From Variovorax sp. (GTDB lineage: Bacteria; Pseudomonadota; Gammaproteobacteria; Burkholderiales; Burkholderiaceae_C): DNA of 64,000 nucleotides. This document shows, one piece after another, positions 17,903-31,540 of this stretch (the stretch's first letter is position 1; every line of letters begins with the position of its first letter). The stretch is from NCBI GenBank assembly GCA_035476655.1, contig DATILH010000218.1, positions 16,366-80,365 of the forward strand, read 5' to 3'. A program made the position numbers and the translations under genes. Below the pieces are notes generated by a model. That model saw only the letters and a program-made list of their open reading frames with translations. It was not told the origin of the DNA and did not search any database.

Positions 17903-19183
17903 TCATGCGCCGGCGTCCTTCCCCACCTTCAACATGCGGTAGAGAAAGTAGCCAAGGTACATGACGAAGCCCCACACGGCGTTGAACAACGAATAGAGCA
18001 TCACATTCGCCGAGGTCGACAGGTCCAGCATGACCACGAGCAGGACCTGGACGGCGATGCTCGACGAAATGCTGAAGGCGAACGGCACGACCCAGCCGCG
18101 CGCGACCGACAGCCCGTAGAGTACCCCTACGACCATCGAGACGCAGCCGCCCACGACGCATAGAAAGAGTTCGTAGTCCAGGCCCGCATAGTCCTTGCCC
18201 AGCGCCAGCAGAACCTGCGCCGGAAAGAAGTAGGCAATCAGCGGAAACAGCACCGACAGCAACAGCACCGCCGAAAGAATCAGGAGAAAGCGCGACATGA
18301 GGATGCCTGCGTCGCTGGGCAGGCGCGCGAAGCGCGGCAAGGCCAGGGTCGAGAACATCGCGCCGAAGACCGACAGCACTGCCGAAAAGCGCCCCAGCGC
18401 CCCCACCTGGGCCAGCGCCAGGGTGCTTCCGAAGATCGAGACCAGCCACACCGTGATCTGGCCGGAGACGGCGTAATACAGCGCTCCCGGAAAGGTCTGG
18501 CGCACCATGCCCAGGATTTCCTTGCGTGCGACAGGATCAGGCCTGGCTGCCGGGTCCGCATAGCTCGAAACAATCCTGCGCAGGCGGAAGTTGCCCCAGA
18601 TGCGCGGCAACCCGTTGGCCAGGATCGCCACCATGGCCAGCGGCAAGAGCAGCAGGCTGCCAATGACCGCGAACACGCGCAGCAGGTTCGTCAGGACCTG
18701 GTTGCGCTGCAGCGAGGTGATGTCCTGGTGCAACTTGAGCGGGATCTCGAGCAGGTCTTCGGTGAGCGCCGCGTAGAGTGCCGGCAGCAATGCCAACACG
18801 ATGAGCGCCACCGTCCATGCATCCGCCTGGTTCCTGTGCAGCAGGTACACCAGCACCGGCAGTGCCACCGCAAGGCTGATTCCGGCGAACAGGCGCCGCA
18901 ATTTCATGCCCGCCGCCAGCACGCCGCCCAGGCCTTGGGCATTGCGCCAGTCGCGCGCACCATGGGCCATGACGCCGGCGCCGATGCCGCCGTCAGCCAG
19001 GGTGCCGATGGTGCCCAGGGTCGCGTAGGCCAGGGTATAGAGGGCGTACTGCTGTGGAGAGATGAGCTGAATGATCAGGAAGCCGCTGATCAGGGCCAGG
19101 CCCTGCACCAAGGACTGGCCCACGCCGGTGACCGACACCAGCCGCAGCCATTCGAGCGCTCTTGCGTACGGTTTCTTGTCCAA
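17903..19183 (-). CDS. Wzx-like polysaccharide flippase / polysaccharide biosynthesis membrane protein
   Basis: Many TM helices; QYALYTLA..LADGGIG pattern; TTG start after GGAG. Confidence 0.75.
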   Translation of the reverse strand: MDKKPYARALEWLRLVSVTGVGQSLVQGLALISGFLIIQLISPQQYALYTLAYATLGTIGTLADGGIGAGVMAHGARDWRNAQGLGGVLAAGMKLRRLFAGISLAVALPVLVYLLHRNQADAWTVALIVLALLPALYAALTEDLLEIPLKLHQDITSLQRNQVLTNLLRVFAVIGSLLLLPLAMVAILANGLPRIWGNFRLRRIVSSYADPAARPDPVARKEILGMVRQTFPGALYYAVSGQITVWLVSIFGSTLALAQVGALGRFSAVLSVFGAMFSTLALPRFARLPSDAGILMSRFLLILSAVLLLSVLFPLIAYFFPAQVLLALGKDYAGLDYELFLCVVGGCVSMVVGVLYGLSVARGWVVPFAFSISSSIAVQVLLVVMLDLSTSANVMLYSLFNAVWGFVMYLGYFLYRMLKVGKDAGA

Positions 19184-19263
19184 TGCACTCCGGCCGTCTG
19201 GGTTGGGTAGCGGCGGAGTTTAAGTGGGAACCGGCGGGCGGTAAACGCGCCCCCGCCGCCGCG

Positions 19264-20208
19264 TCAGGCCGCAGTCTCGACCTTCTTCATGACAAACCCG
19301 ATACGCGGGAAATGCACCTGCACCGTGCCGGCGCGCTCATCCGTGCGGCGCAGGGTGAAATGGGTGCGGGTGGCCGCGACCAGTTCGCCTTCGCTGGGTT
19401 CGGGGCCGAAGCTTTCGGCAGTGACGGTGACGCGGCTGCCCAGCGGGATGCCGTGGTCGTCCTGGAAGGTACTGTCGATCAGCAAGGTGTGCGGCGTCGA
19501 AGCCGCCGCCACCTGAATGGCGCTGGCGGAATCGAACTTTTCGATCTCGCCATGACCGATGGCCGCCATGCGCTCCATCCACTGCACCACCGCCGGCGTG
19601 TGCGACAGGATGTCGGCCAGCGAAGGCGTGCGCACCCGGGTGAACCACAGCGGGTGGTACAGCGAGAAGTCGGCCAGCGTCGGCGCCTCGCCCAGCACGA
19701 AGGGCTGGCCCTCCAGCATGTCGGAGATGCGGCGCAGGTAGGACTTGTAGGCGGCGATGGCGTCGATGGGCCGAAAGCGCGTCATGTTGACGCTCATCGC
19801 CTTGCGGTCTTCGGCAAACATCTTGCCCACTTCCGGCGCGGCGCCGGCAAAGACGTCGGCCGCGCCCTTGGCCTGGAAGTTGTAGGCCATCGCGGTCCAG
19901 AACAGCGTGCTGTCGGCCCACTGCGCCAGGGTGCGCGCCAGTCCCTTGCCCTCACCCGGATAGAGCGCCGGTGTGGGCGCCAGGTGCTCCAGCACGTCGC
20001 AGATCAGCGAAGTGTCGCAATAGATGTCGGCGCCGATCTGCAGGACCGGCGTCTTGCGGTAGCCGCCGGTGAGCGCCACCACGTCGGGCTTGGGCGCGAC
20101 CTGCGGGATGATCACCGACTTCCAGGCCAGCTTCTTGAAGCCCAGGATCGTGCGGATCTTCTCGGCGAAGGGCGAGGTCGGGTAGTGGTGCAGGATCAGG
20201 TCCGCCAT
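19264..20208 (-). CDS. Glutathione S-transferase family protein
   Basis: LHHYPTSPFAEK, GGYRKTPVLQIGADIYCDT, VHFPRIG. Confidence 0.92.
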   Translation of the reverse strand: MADLILHHYPTSPFAEKIRTILGFKKLAWKSVIIPQVAPKPDVVALTGGYRKTPVLQIGADIYCDTSLICDVLEHLAPTPALYPGEGKGLARTLAQWADSTLFWTAMAYNFQAKGAADVFAGAAPEVGKMFAEDRKAMSVNMTRFRPIDAIAAYKSYLRRISDMLEGQPFVLGEAPTLADFSLYHPLWFTRVRTPSLADILSHTPAVVQWMERMAAIGHGEIEKFDSASAIQVAAASTPHTLLIDSTFQDDHGIPLGSRVTVTAESFGPEPSEGELVAATRTHFTLRRTDERAGTVQVHFPRIGFVMKKVETAA

Positions 20209-20223
20209 GGCTTGCCTTTCAGT

Positions 20224-21240
20224 TCAGATCAGCTTGACGAGTTGCTTGCCGAAGTTCTTGCCCTTGAGCAAGCCCAGGAAGGCTTGCGGCGCCGACTCGA
20301 TGCCCTGGGCGATCGATTCGCGCGGGCGCAGCCTGCCGGTGGCCACCAGGGTGCCGAGTTCCTTCAGCGCCTCGGGCCAGACTTCCATGTGCTCGCTGAC
20401 GATGAAGCCTTCGAGCTTCAGGCGGCTGATCAGGATCAGCGAGGGGTTGGCCAGCGGCAGCGGCTGGCCGTCGTAGCCGGCGATCATCCCGCACAGGGCG
20501 ACGCGCCCGAAGGCGTTCATGCGGGACAGCACCGCGTCGAGGATGTAGCCGCCGACGTTCTCGAAGTAGCCGTCGATGCCCTTCGGGCAGGCTTCCTTGA
20601 GCGCCTGGCCCATGCTCTTGGCGTCCGGATGCTGGCGGTAGTCGATGCAGGCGTCGAGGCCTAGTTCGTCCACCACGTACTTGCACTTGTCCGGCCCGCC
20701 GGCAATACCAACCACGCGGCAGCCGCGCGCCTTGGCCAGCGCGCCGAATGCGCTGCCCACGGCGCCGCTGGCGGCCGAGACCACCAGGGTGTCGCCGGCC
20801 TTGGGCGCGATGATCTTCACCAGTCCGTACCAGGCGGTCACGCCCGGCATCCCGACCGCGCCCAGGTAGTGCGAGAGCGGCACGTGGGTGGTGTCGACCT
20901 TGCGCAGGGCGCCGGGCTGCGAGGCATCGACCACGCTGTATTCCTGCCAGCCGCCGAAGCCCACCACCTTGTCGCCCACCGCGTACTTGGGGTTCTTGCT
21001 CTCGATGATCTCGCCGACGGTGCCGCCCTGCATCACCTGGCCCAGCGGCTGCGGCTGGGCGTAGCTCTTGGAATCGTTCATGCGGCCGCGCATGTACGGA
21101 TCCAGGCTCAGGAAGTGGTGGCGCACCAGGACTTCGTTGTCCTTGAGAGCGGGCGTCTCGCTGGTGGCGAGCTTGAAGTTGCCGGCGACGGCTTCGCCCT
21201 CGGGGCGGTTGTCGAGCAGTTGCTGCTGGTTGGTAGGCAT
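20224..21240 (-). CDS. NADP-dependent oxidoreductase (CurA/prostaglandin reductase-like, MDR)
   Basis: SLDPYMRGRM, GMPGVTAWYG, AASGAVG, FENVGG, GKNFGKQLV. Confidence 0.92.
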   Translation of the reverse strand: MPTNQQQLLDNRPEGEAVAGNFKLATSETPALKDNEVLVRHHFLSLDPYMRGRMNDSKSYAQPQPLGQVMQGGTVGEIIESKNPKYAVGDKVVGFGGWQEYSVVDASQPGALRKVDTTHVPLSHYLGAVGMPGVTAWYGLVKIIAPKAGDTLVVSAASGAVGSAFGALAKARGCRVVGIAGGPDKCKYVVDELGLDACIDYRQHPDAKSMGQALKEACPKGIDGYFENVGGYILDAVLSRMNAFGRVALCGMIAGYDGQPLPLANPSLILISRLKLEGFIVSEHMEVWPEALKELGTLVATGRLRPRESIAQGIESAPQAFLGLLKGKNFGKQLVKLI

Positions 21241-21254
21241 GGAAGTTCCTGGTA

Positions 21255-21707
21255 TCAGTCCGTCGAAGGGGGACGTTGTTCGTTGGCGATGGTGGGGCCG
21301 ATGGGCAGGCGGCGGCGTACGTACTTGAAGGTGCCGGTGGCATGGGCGCAGGCCCTGCCCTGCTCATCGAAGATCGTGGCCTCGGTGAAGGCCATGGTGG
21401 CGGTGCGGTGCATCAGCCGCCCCTTGGCGACCAGCGGGCCGACCGAGGGGTGCATGAAGCTGGTCTTCATCTCGATGGTGACCACGCCCAACTCGGGCGA
21501 ATCGCTGCGCGCGGCCGAGGCCATGGCCACGTCCAGCAGGGTCATGCAGGCGCCGCCGTGGGTCACGTCGAAGGTGTTGAGGTGCTCGGGCCTGGCGGTG
21601 TAGCGCAGCTCGGAGGCGCCGCCCTCGAAGCGGATCATCTCGAAGCCGAGATGCTTCGCGAAGGGGATGCGGCTGGTGTAGGCGAGCGCGTCGATGTCGG
21701 AAGCCAT
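21255..21707 (-). CDS. PaaI family thioesterase
   Basis: HLNTFDVTHGGACMTLLD hotdog motif. Confidence 0.9.
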   Translation of the reverse strand: MASDIDALAYTSRIPFAKHLGFEMIRFEGGASELRYTARPEHLNTFDVTHGGACMTLLDVAMASAARSDSPELGVVTIEMKTSFMHPSVGPLVAKGRLMHRTATMAFTEATIFDEQGRACAHATGTFKYVRRRLPIGPTIANEQRPPSTD

Positions 21708-21709
21708 CT

Positions 21710-22504
21710 TCAGCCCGCGACGATGGCGCTCACGCCGCCGTCCACCGCCAGCCATTGGCCGGTGATGTGCTTGCCGGCGTCGCTGGCGTAGAGCAGTGTG
21801 ATGCCCTTCAGGTCTTCCTCGTCGCCCAGGCGGCCCAGCGGCGCGTGGGCGGCCATCTTCTCTTCGCCCAGCGACTTGATGAGGCCGGCCGCCATCTTGG
21901 TCATGAAGAAGCCGGGGCAGATCGCATTCACGTTGATGCCGTAGCGGCCCCACTCACCCGCCAGCGCCTGGGTGAAGCCGATCACCGCGCTCTTGGAGGT
22001 GTTGTAGGCGATGGTCTTCATCTCGACCGGGTTGCCGCCCAGGCCGGCGATCGAGGCCACGTTGATGATGCGGCCCGACTTGCGCGGGATCATCGAGGCG
22101 CGGGCGATCTGCTGCGCCAGGATGAAGTAGCCGCGCACGTTGAGGTTGAGCACCTTGTCCCAGGCGGGCACCGGGTGCTCCTCGGCCGGGGCGCCCCAGC
22201 TGGCGCCGGCGTTGTTGATGAGGATATCGACGGCGCCCATGCGCTCAAGCGTCTCGTCGGCCAGGCGGCGCGTGTCTTCTTCCTTGGCGCAGTCGGCGGC
22301 GATCCAGCGCGCGTCGATGTTGGCGGCCTGCAGTTCGGCCGCGGCCTGTTCCAGGTCTTCGGCCTTGCGCGAACTCAGCATGATGCGCGCACCGGCCTCG
22401 CCCAGGGCATGGGCCATCTGCAGGCCCAGGCCGCGCGAGCCGCCGGTGATGAGGGCGGTCTTGCCGGTCAGATCGAACAGTTGCTTGACGTTGCGGGGGG
22501 TCAT
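21710..22504 (-). CDS. SDR family oxidoreductase (gluconate 5-dehydrogenase-like)
   Basis: TGGSRGLG, NNAG, YNTSK, ITGQWLAVDGG. Confidence 0.92.
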   Translation of the reverse strand: MTPRNVKQLFDLTGKTALITGGSRGLGLQMAHALGEAGARIMLSSRKAEDLEQAAAELQAANIDARWIAADCAKEEDTRRLADETLERMGAVDILINNAGASWGAPAEEHPVPAWDKVLNLNVRGYFILAQQIARASMIPRKSGRIINVASIAGLGGNPVEMKTIAYNTSKSAVIGFTQALAGEWGRYGINVNAICPGFFMTKMAAGLIKSLGEEKMAAHAPLGRLGDEEDLKGITLLYASDAGKHITGQWLAVDGGVSAIVAG

Positions 22505-22527
22505 GTCGGTGTCTCCGGAAAGAGGAT

Positions 22528-22812
22528 TCAGGGGGTTTCGTAGTCGAGCACGCTGCGCGCTTCGCGCAAGGTGCCCAGCAGGTTGCTCACCTGCTTGTGA
22601 TGCGGATGCACCAGGTAGGCCTCGAGGGCGGCCTTGTCGTCGAAGCTGGAGTTGAGCACCACGTCGCAGTTGGCTTCCAGGCCAACGCTTCGGATGGCGG
22701 CCTCGAACTGGCGCATGCCGGGCACGATCCCGACGCAGCTGTCCAGTTCGGCCTTGAAGCGCGCGGCGTCGGCCGGGTCCTTGAGCTTCCACATGACGAT
22801 GTGCTTGATCAT
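22528..22812 (-). CDS. Dabb (stress-responsive A/B barrel) family protein
   Basis: MIKHIVMWKLK, YLVHPHH, RSVLDYE. Confidence 0.88.
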   Translation of the reverse strand: MIKHIVMWKLKDPADAARFKAELDSCVGIVPGMRQFEAAIRSVGLEANCDVVLNSSFDDKAALEAYLVHPHHKQVSNLLGTLREARSVLDYETP

Positions 22813-23017
22813 TTCTTCGGGTCCTTCAGGCGCGAGCGTACATAGATGAGCACGAAGCCGACGGTCGCCACCACGACACCCGGAACGGCCAGCGCCCAGC
22901 CCAGGGCCTCGTCGCGCCGGCCGGTGGCAATGCCCAGGATCAACACGAACAGGCCGCTGTAGATCAGCACCCAGATCCAGGCTTCCAGTTTGGCATGGGG
23001 CTTGGATGCATCGGCCA

Positions 23018-23018
<1 letters not shown>
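22809..23018 (-). CDS. Small two-TM membrane protein
   Basis: Overlaps both neighbours in operon fashion; two hydrophobic helices. Confidence 0.75.
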
Positions 23019-24850
<1,832 letters not shown>

Positions 24851-24944
24851 GGGGCATCCTGTGAAGTACGCGACGGCGGCGCATCGGGCGATTCGATGAA
24901 CTCCCGATTCAGCTCCTCCAGCGCGCGATGTGGCTTGTTCCAGA

Positions 24945-25031
24945 AACACCGCGGAACCGGCTTTGCCGGGCCGCTGGTGTTGCCCCCTCGAGGGGGTACT
25001 CGGCTACACGAAGTGAGCCGATACGGGGGTG
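24945..25031. repeat. REP-like palindromic intergenic element
   Basis: AACACCGCGG-AACCGGCTTTGCCGG-GCCGCTGGTGTT hairpin followed by CCCCCTCGAGGGGG and CGGCT..AGCCG stems. Resembles, from recall, a dispersed Comamonadaceae repeat; single copy in this window. Confidence 0.65.
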
Positions 25032-25033
25032 GG

Positions 25034-26209
25034 TCAGAATACCTCGAAGACCCCGGCCGCGCCCATGCCGCCGCCAATGCACATCGTCACGACGACCTTC
25101 TTCGCGCCGCGGCGCTTGCCTTCGATCAGGGCGTGGCCGGTCAGGCGCTGGCCGCTCACGCCATAGGGGTGGCCGACGGCAATGGCACCGCCATTGACGT
25201 TCAGGCGGTCATCCGGGATGCCCAGCTTGTCGCGGCAGTACAGCACCTGCACCGCGAAGGCTTCGTTCAGCTCCCACAGGTCGATGTCGCTGACCTTCAG
25301 GCCCAGGTTCTTCAGCACCTTGGGCACGGCGAAGACCGGGCCGATGCCCATCTCGTCGGGCTCGCAGCCGGCCACGGCGAAGCCGAGGAAGCGGCCCAGG
25401 GGCTTGAGGCCCTTCTGCTGCGCGAACTTTTCATGAACCACCACGCAGGCGCCGGCGCCGTCGGAGAACTGGCTGGCATTGCCGGCCGAGATCAGGCCAC
25501 CGGGCATGGCCGAGCGGATGCCGCTGATGCCTTCCTTGGTGGTGCCGGGGCGGATGCCTTCGTCGTTCTCGATGGTGACTTCCTTGGTGCGCAGGCCCAT
25601 GACCGGGTCGGCCACGCCGGCCAGCACGGTGATGGCGGCGATCTCGTCCTTGAACTTGCCGGCTTCCAGCGCGGCGGTGGCGCGCTGCTGACTGCGGGCG
25701 CCGTACTCGTCCATGGCGTCGCGGCCGATGCCGTAGCGCTTGGCGACCTGCTCGGCGGTCTGCAGCATGTTCCAGTAGATCTCGGGCTTCTGCTTCATCA
25801 GCGCCGGGTCCACGAGCATGTGCTTGTTGGCTTCGTTCTGCACGCAGGAGATCGACTCCACGCCGCCGGCCACGTACACGTCGCCCTCGCCCGCGATGAT
25901 GCGCTGCGAGGCGGTGGCGATGGTCTGCAGGCCCGAGGAGCAGAAGCGGTTGATGGTCATGCCCGAGGTGGTGATGGGCAGGCCGGCCTTCAGCGCGATC
26001 TGGCGCGCGATGTTGGAGCCGGTGGCACCCTCGGGCGTTGCGCAGCCCATGATCACGTCGTCGACCAGGGCGCCGTCGATGCCGGCGCGCTGCACGGCGT
26101 GCTGTACCGCATGGCCGCCCAGGGTGGCGCCGTGGGTCATGTTGAAGGCACCCTTCCAGCTCTTGGCGAGCGGGGTGCGGGCGGTGGAAACGATGACGGC
26201 GCTGGTCAT
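25034..26209 (-). CDS. Acetyl-CoA C-acyltransferase (thiolase)
   Basis: [27 protein letters not shown]. Confidence 0.95.
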   Translation of the reverse strand: MTSAVIVSTARTPLAKSWKGAFNMTHGATLGGHAVQHAVQRAGIDGALVDDVIMGCATPEGATGSNIARQIALKAGLPITTSGMTINRFCSSGLQTIATASQRIIAGEGDVYVAGGVESISCVQNEANKHMLVDPALMKQKPEIYWNMLQTAEQVAKRYGIGRDAMDEYGARSQQRATAALEAGKFKDEIAAITVLAGVADPVMGLRTKEVTIENDEGIRPGTTKEGISGIRSAMPGGLISAGNASQFSDGAGACVVVHEKFAQQKGLKPLGRFLGFAVAGCEPDEMGIGPVFAVPKVLKNLGLKVSDIDLWELNEAFAVQVLYCRDKLGIPDDRLNVNGGAIAVGHPYGVSGQRLTGHALIEGKRRGAKKVVVTMCIGGGMGAAGVFEVF

Positions 26210-26247
26210 GATGAATTCCTTTTGAATGAAGGGTCGCGTAAGCGGGG

Positions 26248-27726
26248 TCAGTCCTGCGGACCGGTGTTGCCGGTGTTGCGCAGGAGCTGGTGATAGAACT
26301 GGATCATCTCGACGTAGTTGGCGATCGAGACTCTTTCGTTGGTGCCATGGAAGCGCGGCAGGTCTTCGGGCTTGGCGCGCACCGGCGAGAAGCGGTAGAT
26401 GGCGTCGGCGGCGATGCTGAAGTGGCGGCCGTCGGTGGCGCCCAGCATCAGGCCCGGCGCCACCACACCTTCGGAGAAGACCTGGCGGGTGGTCTGCTGG
26501 ATGGCCGCGTACCCTGCCCCGTCCATCGGGGAGACCGGCGAGGGCTCCGAGTTGCCCGGGTAGGCCTCGACCTTGATCGCCTCGTTGGCCACCGTCTTGT
26601 GCACATGGGACTCGACCGAGGCCAGAGTGTCGCCCGGCAGCACGCGGAAGTTCACCGTCGCCTCGACGTGGCCCGGCATCACGTTGTCCTTGTTGCCGGC
26701 ACTCATGATGGTCAGGGCGGTGGTGGTGCGCATCATGGCGTTGCTGCTGGGGCTCTTCTCCAACTGCTTTTGCAGCAGCGGGCCGAACAGCCACAGGTTG
26801 GACAGCGCCACGCGGTTGAAGCCCGTCATCTCCGGCGCCAGGGTCGCGAACATGTCGCCCGAGACGCCGCTGATGGAGGCCGGCAGCTGGTTGGCTTCGA
26901 GCCGCGCCAAGGCCTTGCTCATGCTGCCGATGGCCGAGCTCTGCGGTGGCATCGAGGCATGGCCGGGCGCGCCGTCCAGCGTCAGCTTGAAGCTGCCGTA
27001 GCCCTTCTCGGACAGGCCGATCAGGGCGGCCGGCTTGTCCAGGCCCGGCAGCACGCCTTCGGTGACCAGGAGGCCCTCGTCGAGCACCCAGGCCAGGCGC
27101 ACGCCGCGCGACTTGAGCAGCGCGGCGATGGGCTCGGCGCCGCGATGGCCGCCCACCTCTTCATCGGCGCCCGAGATCAGGTAGGTGGTCTGCTTGGGCT
27201 GGAAGCCGCTGGCCACCAGCATCTCGATGGCTTCCATCTGGGACAGGAGGTTGCCCTTGTTGTCCCAGGCGCCTCGACCCCAGACGTAGCCGTCCTGGAT
27301 GACGCCGGCGAAGGGATCGACCTTCCACGCGCCTTCGGTGCCGGAGGCGATGGGCACCACGTCCTGGTGCGCCATCAGCGCGATCGGCTGGGCCTTGGCA
27401 TCGCTGCCGGCCCAGGTGTAGAGCAGCGAATGACCGCCCACCACCTCCTGCTTGAGCGTGGCATGCAGCCTTGGGAACTGCTGGGCCAGGTAGGCCCGCA
27501 GCTTCACGAACTCCTCGGCGTTGGCCGAGGGGTCGTCCATGCTCGAGATGGTCTTGAAGGCAATGGCGCCGGAAAGGCGCTTGGCAGCGGCCTTCTCGTC
27601 CACCGCCACTTTCTGAACCGGCGCCACGCTGACCTGGCGCGAGGGGGTGCGCCAGGTGTTGATGCCCACCGCCGCCGCCAGTGCGAGGAGCACCAGCAGC
27701 AGGCCCAGGAAAACGCGTTTGATCAA
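26248..27726 (-). CDS. M20 family peptidase (carboxypeptidase S/PM20D1-like), N-terminally anchored
   Basis: [42 protein letters not shown]-terminal TM; TTG start. Confidence 0.9.
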   Translation of the reverse strand: MIKRVFLGLLLVLLALAAAVGINTWRTPSRQVSVAPVQKVAVDEKAAAKRLSGAIAFKTISSMDDPSANAEEFVKLRAYLAQQFPRLHATLKQEVVGGHSLLYTWAGSDAKAQPIALMAHQDVVPIASGTEGAWKVDPFAGVIQDGYVWGRGAWDNKGNLLSQMEAIEMLVASGFQPKQTTYLISGADEEVGGHRGAEPIAALLKSRGVRLAWVLDEGLLVTEGVLPGLDKPAALIGLSEKGYGSFKLTLDGAPGHASMPPQSSAIGSMSKALARLEANQLPASISGVSGDMFATLAPEMTGFNRVALSNLWLFGPLLQKQLEKSPSSNAMMRTTTALTIMSAGNKDNVMPGHVEATVNFRVLPGDTLASVESHVHKTVANEAIKVEAYPGNSEPSPVSPMDGAGYAAIQQTTRQVFSEGVVAPGLMLGATDGRHFSIAADAIYRFSPVRAKPEDLPRFHGTNERVSIANYVEMIQFYHQLLRNTGNTGPQD

Positions 27727-27748
27727 GGCGATGTGTCCTGGTGGTGGT

Positions 27749-29851
<2,103 letters not shown>

Positions 29852-29940
29852 GCTGCGTTCCTTTGAATGGGAAGAGAAAAAGGGAAACGAACCGGTTGCA
29901 GCGGGCCGCGATCCGATGACAGCCCGACTGCCCGTTGCCA

Positions 29941-29960
29941 AAAAGCACGAGTGTTCTTTT
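29941..29960. promoter_or_regulatory. Imperfect palindrome AAAAGCACGAGTGTTCTTTT, candidate TetR (FadP-type) operator
   Basis: 14/20 self-complementary, about 90 bp upstream of the beta-oxidation gene; similarity to the Burkholderiales FadP motif is from recall. Confidence 0.5.
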
Positions 29961-30058
29961 TTTGGATTCTAGGCCTTTGTCTCGGGCCGCTTCAGTCGCG
30001 GTCGGGACAAGGCGGGCCTCTTTGCGGACCCTTGGAAGTCGTCAATGCAGGAAGGCGC

Positions 30059-30754
30059 TCAAACCTCGAGCCATTCCTTGCGGGTCATTGCATCCGCACG
30101 CAGCGAATCGGGCGTGCCGTCGAAAACGATCGTACCGTGGCCCATGACCAGCGCGCGATCGGAAATGTGCATCGCAATGGTCAACTTCTGCTCAATCAGC
30201 AACACCGAGACGCCGCGGTCTTTCAGGCGCTTGAGGTATTGGCCCACCAGTTCGACGATCTTGGGCGCCAGGCCTTCGGTCGGCTCGTCGATGATGATCA
30301 GGTCGGGGTCGCCCATCAGGGTGCGACACAGGGTCAGCATCTGCTGCTCGCCGCCGGAGAGCACGCCGGCCTCGGTGTGCTGGCGCTCCTTCAGGCGCGG
30401 GAACATGGTGTACATGTCCTCGAAGCCCCAGCGGCTGCCCTTGCCCGCGCCCTTCTGGCCCAGAAGCAGGTTCTGGTGCACCGTCAGCTTGGGGAAGATG
30501 TCGCGGTTCTCCGGCACATAGCCGATCCCCAGGTGCGCCACCTCGTAGGCCTTCTTGCGCAGGATGTCCTGGCCCTTCCAGTGCAAGCCGCCTTCGGCAT
30601 GAACCAGGCCCATGATGGCCTTGGCGGTGGTCGAACGGCCAGAGCCGTTGCGTCCCAGCAGGGCCACGATCTCGCCCTTGCCCACCTCGAAGGAAACGCC
30701 ATGCAGCACATGGCTCTTGCCGTAGTAGGCGTGAATGTCGTGAAGCTTCAGCAT
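30059..30754 (-). CDS. Branched-chain amino acid-type ABC transporter ATPase (LivF-like)
   Basis: GRNGSGRST, LSGGEQQML, DEPTEGL. Confidence 0.92.
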   Translation of the reverse strand: MLKLHDIHAYYGKSHVLHGVSFEVGKGEIVALLGRNGSGRSTTAKAIMGLVHAEGGLHWKGQDILRKKAYEVAHLGIGYVPENRDIFPKLTVHQNLLLGQKGAGKGSRWGFEDMYTMFPRLKERQHTEAGVLSGGEQQMLTLCRTLMGDPDLIIIDEPTEGLAPKIVELVGQYLKRLKDRGVSVLLIEQKLTIAMHISDRALVMGHGTIVFDGTPDSLRADAMTRKEWLEV

Positions 30755-30755
30755 C

Positions 30756-31523
30756 TCAATGTCCTTCCTGCGCGTGCGCGACCGGAGAGCCCAGGTAGGC
30801 CTCCTGCACCCGCGGATTGGCGCGCACCGCTTCCGGCGTGTCGAAGGCGATCACCTCGCCATAGACCACCACCGCGATCTTGTCGGCCAGGCCGAAGACC
30901 ACGCCCATGTCGTGCTCCACCGTCAGCAGGGTACGGCCCACCGTCACCTGCTTGATGAGGGCGATGAAGTGCGCGGTCTCGGTCTTGCTCATGCCGGCCG
31001 TGGGCTCGTCCAGCAGGATCACCCCGGCGCCGCCGGCGATGGTGATGCCGATTTCCAGGGCCCGCTGCTCGGCATAGGTGAGGTTCACCGCCAGCACGTT
31101 GCGCTTGCGGGCGAGGCCCACCTGCTGCATGAGCTCTTCCGCGCGTTCGTTGGCGTCGTCGAGGTTGGAGAGGAAGCGCAGGAAGGAATAGCGGTAGCCC
31201 AGGCTCCAAAGCACCCCGCAGCGCAGGTTCTCGAACACGCTGAGCTTTGGGAAGATGTTGGTGATCTGGAAGCTGCGCGACAGGCCCAGACGGTTCACCT
31301 CGAAGGGCTTGAGCCCGTCGATGCGCTTGCCGTTCAGGTGCACCTCGCCGCTGCTGGGTTCCAGCCGGCCGCTGATGAGGTTGAACAGGGTGGACTTGCC
31401 CGCGCCGTTGGGCCCGATGATGGCAATGCGCTCCCCGGCGTTCACCGTCAGGTTGGCGCCGCGAATGATCTCGGTCTTGCCGAAGCTCTTTCGCAGGTCT
31501 TTGAGTTCGAGTGCAAAGGTCAT
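30756..31523 (-). CDS. Branched-chain amino acid-type ABC transporter ATPase (LivG-like)
   Basis: GPNGAGKST, RSFQITNIF, DEPTAG, VEHDM, VQEAYLG. Confidence 0.92.
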   Translation of the reverse strand: MTFALELKDLRKSFGKTEIIRGANLTVNAGERIAIIGPNGAGKSTLFNLISGRLEPSSGEVHLNGKRIDGLKPFEVNRLGLSRSFQITNIFPKLSVFENLRCGVLWSLGYRYSFLRFLSNLDDANERAEELMQQVGLARKRNVLAVNLTYAEQRALEIGITIAGGAGVILLDEPTAGMSKTETAHFIALIKQVTVGRTLLTVEHDMGVVFGLADKIAVVVYGEVIAFDTPEAVRANPRVQEAYLGSPVAHAQEGH

Positions 31524-31540
31524 GTTCTTGTTCTCCCCTC

